Assembly: GCA_043228905.1 (NCBI GenBank) | Contig: JBHGNT010000012.1 | Location: 19,840,001-19,904,000, forward strand | DNA: 64,000 bases | Direction of reading: 5' to 3' | DNA from: Azolla caroliniana | Lineage: Eukaryota; Plantae; Polypodiophyta | The notes under the pieces: model-generated | What the model was told of the DNA's origin: nothing | The model's input: only the letters and a program-made list of their open reading frames with translations | Database searches by the model: none | Translations under genes and position numbers: made by a program | Shown here: one piece after another, positions 22,111-32,319 of the stretch | How the letters are laid out: each line of letters starts with the position of its first letter | Numbering within the stretch: the stretch's first letter is position 1

Positions 22111-23450
22111 AGGGGCCGAGAAGGGTTCGACGTACAGGGTACTGTCCCACGGGCGTGCCATGTGTTACCGGCCGGCAAGGAGTCCAAAATACGGAGTGAA
22201 GGAATTAATTAAGTATGGTTGTAAATAAGCATAGTATGGACGGACGGACTGGAAACGGTATGCCGTTCCAGATCCGGACGGATCCCGAATGGGTGCGATA
22301 GGCACCGTTTTGTACTACGGGCCGGAAACCTATTTAAAGGCCCGGACCCCATTGTAATCGGGGCGGATAATTAATAGAGCATATGGTGTTTATACTTCTG
22401 TGTTGATTTCCGTTCTGTAATTACTGTTATATCTTACGCGTGTAATTAACAAAAGCGATCTAATCGTGTAACCTACTTAAGTCGGTGTAATCGTTGAGTC
22501 ATAATCCTATGCCGTAATCACCCTTTGGTGAAGTGTCTCCGTGACACCTTGTGTTAGGCCTTGTCCGGTCAGAGAATAACAAAGAGGCAAAGCTATAGGC
22601 ATGGGACCACAATAACGATAATGACTATAGGTAGAAAATGTCATCGATTGAGCGCATTAGGTTCTTCCACCACGAGTATTTGGATGTCAAACAAAAGTTT
22701 GGTGTGAAGCTACATCCAGTCCTACGACGTCAATGCTTGCATGAAGTCGGCATTGTGGTAGATGATAATGTTAAGTCCGATCGTCTTCGGAAATATGAGT
22801 CTTGGTTTCAACTTGCCTTTAGAGATGGAGAAGTATGGGACCTACAAGATCAAATCTTCTCAATGTGGGAGAATAAGGAGTTCAAGGGTCAACAACAAAA
22901 GAAATGTAAGGTAGACCCTCAACTAGAATTAAAGTCACAAGTGGCCAAGAAAATTGATTTGACAATTGAAGAAGCGGCTGATGACATGAAGTTGTCTCTA
23001 TGGAGCGCGATGCAAGGTATTAAGGACGAGCAACTTCTTGTGTCTATTTTGTCAAGGGTTGTGGCGAAAGATTTAAGCCTTGAAGAAATGGTCACTGAGT
23101 TCAATAAGTACGTCTTTCAAATAGTGATATTGAATTCAATATGGTGCAATTGAAAGTTCTAATCTCGTTTTCTAATTTCACAGTCATAAGGTGTACATGA
23201 AGATCCAAGAAGTTATGATGAAACAACTTGGATGTATAACTTGGGAACAAGTGACTGAGGATTATCCTCTAACGTCTTCATATAAGGCGTTATCCAAGTA
23301 TTTTATTGCATTCAAGGATTGGGTTAGTATTGATGGTTTTTCATTAAGCTTTCCTCATATGTAGAGCTTGTATAATAATACTTGATGTCCTATTGCTTCT
23401 ATTAGAAACCATGCCGTGGCAAGAAACAAGGAGAACTTAAGGATATACAC

Positions 23451-23644
23451 GATTTTGCTGAGCTAACGATTGCATCCTTGTGGAGAATAGTTGTCTTTCA
23501 TAGTATGGACCAAGGGTACTTGGTAGCTCAAGCTTTGAGATCTTGGTCAAGGATTTTGCTGAGCTAACAACTGCATCCTTGTGGAGAATAGTTGTCTTTC
23601 ATAGTATGGACCAAGGGTACTTGGTAGCTCAAGCTTTGAGATCT
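23451..23644 (+). repeat. 93-bp near-tandem duplication inside the MTase exon
   Basis: 23451-23543 and 23552-23644 are near identical (DFAELT.ASLWRIVVFHSMDQGYLVAQALRS). Confidence 0.9.
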
Positions 23645-24863
23645 CGTTGCCATGGCATCGAGAACCTTGCATGGTAAGGATTATTTATATGTCTCGTTCA
23701 CTATATTCCCTTTCTTAAGATTGTTCAATCTATTCTTAACTCGATGTAAAATTTGTTATAGGATAAAAACCAATGTAAATAGAGGGCCAACCTTTCGGTT
23801 CATTAATGCCATTGAATACATTACGGTTGGCTACTTCGATGAAATTAAGAAACAAAGAATCAAGGAGCATTCTAATGAAGTGGGAGGTTCAAATCTACTG
23901 GTATATCCAGTAGTGACACGGAAATTGCGACATGTCACCACGACAGAATGGGGACTTGTCAACCCATACCAAAAACCTCAACGACTTATGATGTGCTTGA
24001 TCGAGATGTTTTCTGTAGAAGGAGATTGGATATTAGACCACTTTTCTGGCACAAGTATTCCTCGAACTAGGTTAACGATCTTGAGATAACCAATACTGAA
24101 TCTTTTTTGTTTGAGAACTAATTCTTCTTGTTACATTCTTCACAAGGACAACGTCTGCATGTGCATTGAAGCTCTTCAGAAACACAATTGCATTAGAGAA
24201 GGACGAGGAGAAAGTTATATTTATAAACATGAGGATTAAGGGTTTGTGGGAGTGCCCAAACCAAGACAATGAGGTCGGTGCAAAGAACCTCGCTGATACT
24301 GAAAGGTTTCAACGTGCTTCGCAAGAGCCTATTCCTTCGTTAGCCGGGGAACCGAGGGAGCTAATAGAGCTTGATGATGAGCTTATAGAAGATATTTTGT
24401 TGGCTCGGCTAACAGGGGAAGCCAATGCATGTATAGCCAAAGAGACTTTTATACAAGATGATGAAGAAAATGACATTGACGATTTGCTTGCTATGTAATA
24501 GACTCTTTTAAAAACGTGAAATGTATTGTTTGGAATTCACATTATTAATACAAATTTTGGGTTTTACTTGGTGGATTCTATTCTTTATAATCTTCTATAT
24601 GTTTCAATTTTATTTTTATATACTTGGTTGGTAGACTTATGACATTGGTTTCACCGCGTGCATTGCTTACTACCAAATTTATGGAGAAACAGGAATTAGT
24701 TTAAATTGAGGCTGATTTTGGTCAAAGTTTACCTTAACATAACATAGTTGTAGAATTGTTGCCATGACTGTCCATGTTGTTATTATGAATCTTTGTCTTC
24801 TATTGTTAAAACTATTATGTTTCTCTTCCATTGCTGCTTAGATTGTGTAGTGTGTTGATAATG

Positions 24864-25200
24864 GTTCCACTAGCGTTATCCACATGTTTTTATACGCTTG
24901 TAGTTCCACTAGCGTTATCGTTCGGAGTTTGATCCCGGGTGAATCACCTAAGGAATAGATTAGATCAATTTTAAATACAAGTATGAAACCCTTAATAGGT
25001 TTGTTATTTCCACCACATTATCCTAAGTTCTCTATCTTACATTGTCCACAATTATATACATATGGTTTGATCCCATACGAACAAACTGAGGAATAGATTA
25101 GATCAACTTTAAATACAAGTATTAAATACTTTAATAAATTAGTTATTCCAATCACATTATCCTAAAGTGCACTATCCTACATTGTGCACAATTATATACA
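24864..25200. repeat. Subterminal duplications of the inner transposon
   Basis: ttccactagcgttatc occurs twice. A roughly 110-bp block ggaatagattagatcaa...caattatatacat occurs at about 24952 and about 25090. Confidence 0.7.
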
Positions 25201-25584
25201 TGCAAGTATGGGTCAAAGTATAAATTATAACTCATTTTATTAGTATGGTTACAAGTACACCTCATATTTTTGTAAAACTTACCAAATTAATATAAACCTT
25301 TAACTTAGTGTTTCCCATGCCGCACATTAGTGACATATTGAGCCATTGTTGAACTTTATTATGCCTACATTAACTTATCAACACGTCCAAACTTGCATGA
25401 TTTCTAATGATCTCCACTCATAGACCTATCATGTATTTTTATATTTGCAAATTCTAATCAAGTTGTGGAACATGTGATACTAGTGCATCCAATTTTTGTA
25501 GAGAGGGTATATTTGGATAGTTTCAAGAAGATTCTACAAGTGGAATGCGCGATCCTTTCACTTGTGAATGCGAATGTGTTCTTA

Positions 25585-26525
25585 GCTAAATTCTAAACAT
25601 GATAGCTAATTAGCGGTCACTCTTGATACTGCTCGATACTGCTACATCATAGCTAATGAGCTATTCTTCTTAACTATGGCAGTAGCTAATTAGCTACCAC
25701 TCTTCATATTGCTTAGCTAATTAGCTACAGCTTAGCTAATTAGTTGCTAGACTAGAGATTGGCAATAGCTAATTAGCTACATCTTTCCTAATTAGCTATT
25801 CGTCTTAACTATGACAGTAGCTAATTAGCTACCACTCTTGATACTGCTTAGCTAATTAGTTGTTGACTTTAGATTGCAATAGCTAATTAGCTACATTGAA
25901 GCTAGTTAGCTATTCTACTTAAGTATGGCAGTAGCTAATTAGCTACCACTTAGCTAATTATCTACATTGTAGCTAATTAGTTGTTATACTATAGGCTACA
26001 ATAGCTAATTAGCTACATCTTAGCTAATTAGCTACTTAAGTATGGTAGTAGATAATTAGCTACCACTCTTGATACTGCTTAGCTAATTGGCTGTTAGACT
26101 ATAGATTGGCAGTAGCGAATTAGCTATTCTTCTTAACTATGGCAGTAGCTAATTAGCTATTCTACTTAATTATGGTAGTAGCTAATTAGCTCCACTTAGT
26201 TAATTAGCTATATCTTAGCTAATTAGCTCCTAGACTGTAGGTTGACAGTAGCGAATTAGCTACATCTTAGCTAATTAGCTATTCTTCTTAACTACAACAG
26301 TAGCTAATTAGCTACCACTTTTGATATTGCTTAGCTAATTAGCTACATTGTAGCTAATTAGCTGCTAGACCATAGATTTGCAGTAGCTAATTAGTTGCAT
26401 CTTGGCTATTTAGCTAATACCTAGGTTGTAGCTAATTAGCCACTACACTACTGAACCGTAACAGTTAAATAGCTACCACACTTTATACGACTTAGCTAAT
26501 TAGCTAAGATATAACTAATTAGCTA
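25585..26525. repeat. Dense array of the palindrome tagctaattagcta
   Basis: Dozens of degenerate copies over about 950 bp, continuing at about 2499 on the other side of the inner transposon. Confidence 0.9.
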
Positions 26526-27718
26526 CTACACTATAGAGACAAGCAACAATTTTAGGTGTGAGTTTTCTCCACTCATCTGGGAGAGCTGTATTGCAATCCC
26601 CCAAACAGACTACAGCAATGCGAAAGGCATATTGAAAACAAATGATATGGTATGTGTGTTGGCATGGTTGTAGGTGTACCAACAGAGTAGACATTTTGTC
26701 CTCTACGCGTAAGCCGCAAGCGATGCAACGTGCTTGAACAGTCAATATATCATTGCCTAGTTCTCCTTTGTCTAGTAAGGGAGCAAGAATGTTGAGGTCC
26801 AATTCGTGTCTGCTCTTTACCATCCCCTCCACAAAATGTAGTTGCTTCTTAAGGCAGCTAACTACCTGTTCTTGACGGGAGTATTGTTCCTAGAACGCAG
26901 CCAAAAAATTATCGATTTATCATTCCTTAATGAGGAGGATAGAACAACAAGAAACAAGAATCATTAACTTACTTGGAGGTTCTCCAAATTGTAATCAGTG
27001 ACAACATTTACACCTAGAACATCCAAATTCATTGAAAAAACCTGGATCTCTGTTTGCAGTTGTATTTCCCATTGGGGATCTAGTGGCCACTCAATTTCGA
27101 GCTCATGTTGAGTACCTTGTTCTAGATAATGCCTCACTAAGCACATTTTCATGTACAAGTTATTTATAACATGTTACATACTAGCAAAACAATAGCTACC
27201 TGAATCTTATTTCTGATTATTGTCACTGCCAAAGTGACTTTGCTCTCCATCGCACCAGCCAATGTTGCTTTCTCTAAATCAGTCTTTGTTGCCTCTAATG
27301 TCTCACAGGTTTCATGGACATTTTTGAGCATATAGCTAATCAATGTGTTACCTGTATCATTGACATTGGCTTTCATTGTGTTTCGGTGTGGTGTATACTT
27401 CTGGGTTTGTTGGGAATCAGCAGTTGCATCATCAAGTTGCCTCTACCAGAATCTTGCCATTTTTTGTTGCAAGCTCCCCATCTTCCGGCATCGTTCTACC
27501 AATGCCTCACCATAAATAGCCCAAGCTACCCTATACATTTCAGGTTCCGTTGCTTCTTTCGTTGTTTTGCAATACTCATATACACAATTTCTCGCGAATG
27601 CAACAAACAACTCGTTGTTGACCGGGATCTCTTAATGTACTTTCTGGTGGAGCCTTATGTAGTCGTTATACATCTCCAGTCGTACATGCTTGAGCTTCAC
27701 CTTTGCCTTTCACTCTAG
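26515..27718 (-). pseudogene. 5' exons of the outer-transposon cargo gene, with a RING-like zinc finger
   Basis: CIAC-x17-C-x-H-x2-H-x2-C-x9-C-x3-C pattern in 26515-26832. Upstream exon pieces with GT/AG borders and in-frame stops. Confidence 0.55.
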
Positions 27719-28828
27719 GCACTTTATAAACTGACAACCAGTCTACATCAATAATCAATTTATCTATTAGAATAGTAGGGTCAATACCCTCTAGTGACAG
27801 ACCATATATATGTTGTTAAGGGTCGAAGCACGCTACAGTGTACCAAAAAAGTATTGTTTTTGGCCAAAAAAAACACGAGTACTATTAGTACTGTTAGTAC
27901 TAAGAGATTAAAAAAAATTCAAAATAATTAAAATCCTTTTAGGGAGTGGTGTACGTTGCATTAAAGTCAGGGAATGGGTGGGGGGACAGTTGCTGCATAT
28001 TCAAGACTGTTTTGGGGGCTATTTCCCCCTCACGTTTAATTTAGGACGCCACATTAAATCCTTTTGGCGCTTCTCCCAAGCGTCTCCTCTTCCGCCTTCC
28101 AACTGAGACAAAGCAGGTCTTCACAGCGCACTCTGGTCTTCCGCCTTCCAACTCAGGTCTTCACAGCGCACTTGAAATGTCATTTTGTTGTTCTCTGTGT
28201 CACTCGTCTTCCCCATCTTCTCCTTCCATCGGTATGTCTTCTCCATCTTCTCTTTCACTCGGTATGTTTGTGCCTATTTCTAATAACTGGTTATTTCTAT
28301 ACAGTACTGTTATTTGTATATCTGTGTATTCTCACTTCGCTCATACTGTTATTATTTAGTAAGTTGTGGCCTACAATCTCTAGTCTAAAATTTAGGATTG
28401 GTTTATGTTGAACAAATTAGTGTGTTGTCATGATTATGATTGTCATTGTCATCTCCTTCATACTTTGATCATTACTCGTTATTATTTGTATTATTACTTT
28501 GATCATTCTGTTATTATTTAGTAAGTCGTGGCAACTTACTAAAAAGACTTTTGAATAGCTCTCCTTCTCTTGTTCATTGTTCCTAGCTACAACACCTACA
28601 ACCTAAGTTTTATATTAGCCTAATTTTATGGTCAAACAAGTAATTTAAAGGGGTCAAACAAGAACTTAATTGATGCAATTATTTCTTAAAAGTTAATTGT
28701 TTTGGAAAAGGAATATATGACTGTGGCAAACTCTCAAATGTTTATCCAATTTTCGGTTGATGTTTATGCTATGGGGTATTAACTATGTTTATTTTACGAT
28801 GTATTAAGCACTTATTCTAATTAATTAG

Positions 28829-31800
28829 GTGCTGAAATAACAAGAAATTAGTTGTTGGAATATATCAAAGTGACAATGGTCGTCAATGAGGAGGGTGAGG
28901 TGTCCCTTAGCAAATTTATGTCTGAGAGGAGCAAGAGACGGGTGGTTCTCCACATAGTCCGTTATTTACTAGAAGTAATTGAGAGATTTAGCTTGGAGGA
29001 TCGTAGGGATATTATCTCTAGAGTGTTGCACCATTAACTTTTGAATGAAGACATGGAGAATATTAAGTTTAGGGACCAATGTGTTTCAGAGGAAATTGTA
29101 GTGTATGAAGTCATCCCTACACTTAGTGAAAGGGGTATAGAGCATAGATAAGCTTGGTGCAAAGAGAGCAGCCTTTCACATGGTTGTAAATGGTACAACG
29201 AAAAAAAAATTAGTGATACTAAAGTTGCCTTAGCACTTGGTATCCAGAAGAAGGAACTTGAGGAAGCATCGGACAAATATACAATCAAATCAATTTAAGT
29301 GGCTGGGGTTAGGCCGTAGACGAGGATGTGATGCATTGTCTCATGAGATTATTGAGGAAGTGGGTTCCTTTTGGGCAAAAAACACACGTGTCTTACCGAA
29401 TAAAAAAGATGTATGTAGACAACGTATAAGTCGGGGTAGGTACCAAATTCACCCAAGACACTTCTTGGAGATGATTGAGGTAATTCAATTTTTTATCTAT
29501 TTGGTTTTAAATATTTTGTTGTTTACTAAATGCTTCTATTAATGTTACCTATTTATTGAGTGATGTAGGCTGAATTGTTAATGAACTTCAAAGACCAACA
29601 TCCTAGCATCAATCTTGGATTTCGCAAGTTCCAAGGTTTGAAACCATTTTTTGTTAGAAAGTTAAAGGAGAGGAACACATGTTGTGTGTACCACATTAAA
29701 ATGGACATGTTAAGGCTTGGCATGAACAATATGCGTATTGATTCTAAGGTTATACACGGGGATGGGTGTGTTTTCACTTGTGAGGTATGTAGACCAAATG
29801 GGAGTGGTAATAGATGTAATGCGCGAAACATGACTTATGCAACAGTTTCTGAGTTATGGAGGTCTTTTGTTTGTGAAAAACAACCATCATCTGAGTGGCA
29901 TAATTGTATTGTGAAATGGAAATATTTAGAGTATGTGATAGAAAATATAGGTAAGGGTCTCATTAGTAAGCGTATCAAGGAAGTATATAAGGAGACATGT
30001 GCTTCTACCCTTGTCTCAGAGTTTAAGAAGCAACTCGGGGAGTTCATTCCACATAACTTTAGGAGTTATTGGCAAAATTCATAGTTCAAGGAATGTATAA
30101 ATAACTTACCACCGGATGTTATGGTATCTGTTATTGACTTTGCAGAGAACTATACCTTTAAAGTTCAAAATGAGGTTTAGTCAATGCATTGGTACAATGA
30201 CCAATGTACAATACTTGTACATATTTGCTACTAGAGAAAAGACGGTGGGTTACATAAGAAATCAATATTCTATATTTCAGATGATAAAAAGCATGATACG
30301 CTATTTGTTCAACATTGTTTTAAGCTTCACCACATGGATTTATTGTCCTTGGGTGTTAACTTTTATCGCCATTGGGGTCTGGTCCGATGGTGCTGCCTCG
30401 CAATTTAAGGCGGCTCGGTCCTTCTACTTCATTACAAGGTAAGGAAATAATCCATATGATTGGTACTTATAACTGGAAGTCTATTTTGGTAATACTTCAT
30501 AGTACTTCATCTATTGCTTGAGTTTCCTACTAGTACGAATATTATATGAAAAGTCATAAAAAATGTTTGTATAAAATACAATTAGTAATTCTCCTACTAT
30601 ATGCACCAGTACTGTCTTGAAATGTTTGTGCTAATTATGGTGTAAGTCTTGTATGTATGGTTCAAATCCTTGAAAAGTATCATTATTTTACAACTTAGTA
30701 GTATCATCCCACATGCACAAGTACTGACTACAGTTCAACGCCTTGTAAAGTACCCTTATTTTACAACTTAGTACTATCATCCCACATGCACAAGTACTGA
30801 CTATGTTTTACAACTTAGTACTCAAATCCCGCATGCCCAAGTACTAATTGATAACTTTGTGGTGTCATCCCGCAGGCAAGAGTACTAATTTGTAACTTAG
30901 CATTGTCCTCTGTCGTGCATTAGTACTAATGAATAACTTAGTACTATCTTCTTTCGGTCATTATTACTAATTTATAACTTTGTTCATTAGTACTAATTAG
31001 GATGGGTCTCTCTAGTGCATTAGTACTAAATAATAACTTAGTATTGTCCAACTTTGTTCATTAACACAAGTTTATAACTTATGATTTTCATGGCCCATTA
31101 GTACAAACATTAGTACTAATTATTAGCATGAGAACTATCCAACTATGTTCATTACTACTAATTATTAACTTAGTACTGTCCAACATTGTTCATTAAGACC
31201 AAGTTATAACTTAGGACTGTCCTCTCTCATGTATTAGTACTAATCAATAACTTAGTACCATCCTCTCTCGTTCATTTCTTTTAATTTATAACTTAGTATT
31301 GTCCTCTCTCGTTCATTTCTTTTAATTTATAACTTAGTATTGTCCTCTCTCGTGCATTAGTGGAAATTTTGGTTTAAGTCATGTTAAGAGATGTAAGCTC
31401 CAGTAATGCACTAACTCTGTTTGTTGGCTAACTGTCATGCAAAACACCCAGATACTTCTCATTGACAAACATTAGGATGCAATGGAACTACGTCGGGTTT
31501 GGACATGGAAAGGGAGAGCATGATGGCGTGGGGGCTGTGATCAAGCGTGCTCTTACAGGTGAACAGTTGGATAATAAAGGTGTGAAGTTACAAAATGCAC
31601 ATGATATTGTGGAGTGGCTGACATGGAAGATGTCAGATGATGGTAAGAATAGATTGTTTATTGAGGTTGGTGCTAATGAGGTGGATAGGAGTAAATTGTA
31701 TGGTTGTAAAACCGTGAAAGGGACACGCAAGACCCATTGTGTTTTAGGGTTTAGTCGTAGGGACAGTTTATCATGCTTTTGTTCCATGTGTTTAGATGAA

Positions 31801-32319
31801 GCTTGGGATGAATGCACCAATCTATCAATTGTGGAGCCATGGAAGCTATAGAAGCTTGAGATTGAACAATGTGTGGATATCCAGGAAAACGAACATGTAG
31901 ACAATATTGTATACTACAACCAATGTGAGGACTTGGCAGTAGTATTATTGGAAGTTGGAGATCATTTTGCAGTGCTCAAATCTCCTCAAAATGAAGATTT
32001 TGAAGACTACTACATTGTGGTGTGCAAGCAAGGAAATACAATATTGGAAGAAGTCGTGAGGGACGGTTGGGGCAACATGTTCAACGTTGGTGAGTGTGTC
32101 GTGTATGGCAACTACTATGCAAACTTACCACAATGCAAGAACACGTATGCATTATTAAAAGATGCACCCACTGCAATAATCTATGCCGACGTTGTTATCG
32201 CAATCAAGTTCACTATGAGTCAAGCAAAGCACAAGGTTAAGGGATACAACACTGTCTACAAGGTCCCCAAAGAGGTTCACGAACACATATTGGGGGAGGT
32301 CTCCCTCTTTAATGCTTAG
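28829..32319 (+). pseudogene. Sola2-type DDD transposase with introns, decayed
   Basis: KPFFVR..RNTCC.YH, IDFAENY (30136), SMHW, SDDKKHD, WSDGAASQFK and WNY..GHGKGEHDGVGAVIKR, then SCFCSMC and a C-terminal beta-rich domain. Introns at 29480-29568 and 30439-31451 splice in frame. Confidence 0.75.
30560..31370. repeat. Intronic array of tagtacta / taacttagtact motifs
   Basis: Many degenerate copies of ttagtactaa and ataacttagta inside the 1-kb transposase intron. Confidence 0.75.

Larger units (their letters stand above)
11874..22581 (+). mobile_element. Full-length young Ty3/gypsy non-chromovirus (Phygy/Athila-like) retrotransposon
   Basis: 419-bp LTRs at 11874-12292 and 22163-22581 (TG..CA, 2 differences seen). 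5-bp TSD AAGAG. tRNA-Arg-like PBS tggcgaccac at about 12298. Confidence 0.95.
6514..24498 (+). pseudogene. Spliced ParB/Srx-like domain plus beta-class N4-cytosine/N6-adenine DNA methyltransferase fusion gene
   Basis: Exons 6514-6548, 10757-11873 + 22587-23107 (in frame once the Ty3 is removed), 23184-23322, 23406-23673, 23762-about 24054 and about 24146-24498, mostly with GT..AG borders. ParB-like IREP..HVQNLKKKM..VPFIIMV..YFVIGGSHSAKAR. MTase-like LAWIKTN..RFINAIEYI..NPYQKPQRLMMCLIEMFSVEGDWILDHFSGT(G)TTSACALKLFRNTIALE. In-frame TAG stops at 22596 and 22632. No DPPY/SPPY found. Confidence 0.75.
2539..25580. mobile_element. Sola-like TIR DNA transposon carrying a ParB-methyltransferase gene (about 8.9 kb without the nested retroelements)
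   Basis: 36-bp TIRs: aacacgttcgcgttcacaagtggaaggatcacgcat (2539-2574) versus the reverse complement of 25545-25580, with 4 transition mismatches. 4-bp TSD CTTA at 2535-2538 and 25581-25584. The flanks rejoin into one tagctaattagc array. Confidence 0.85.

Noticed and set aside
22587-24498. Bacterial contamination explaining the methyltransferase
   Set aside because: The gene has spliceosomal introns, is interrupted by plant retroelements with TSDs, and lies within TIRs contiguous with plant DNA.
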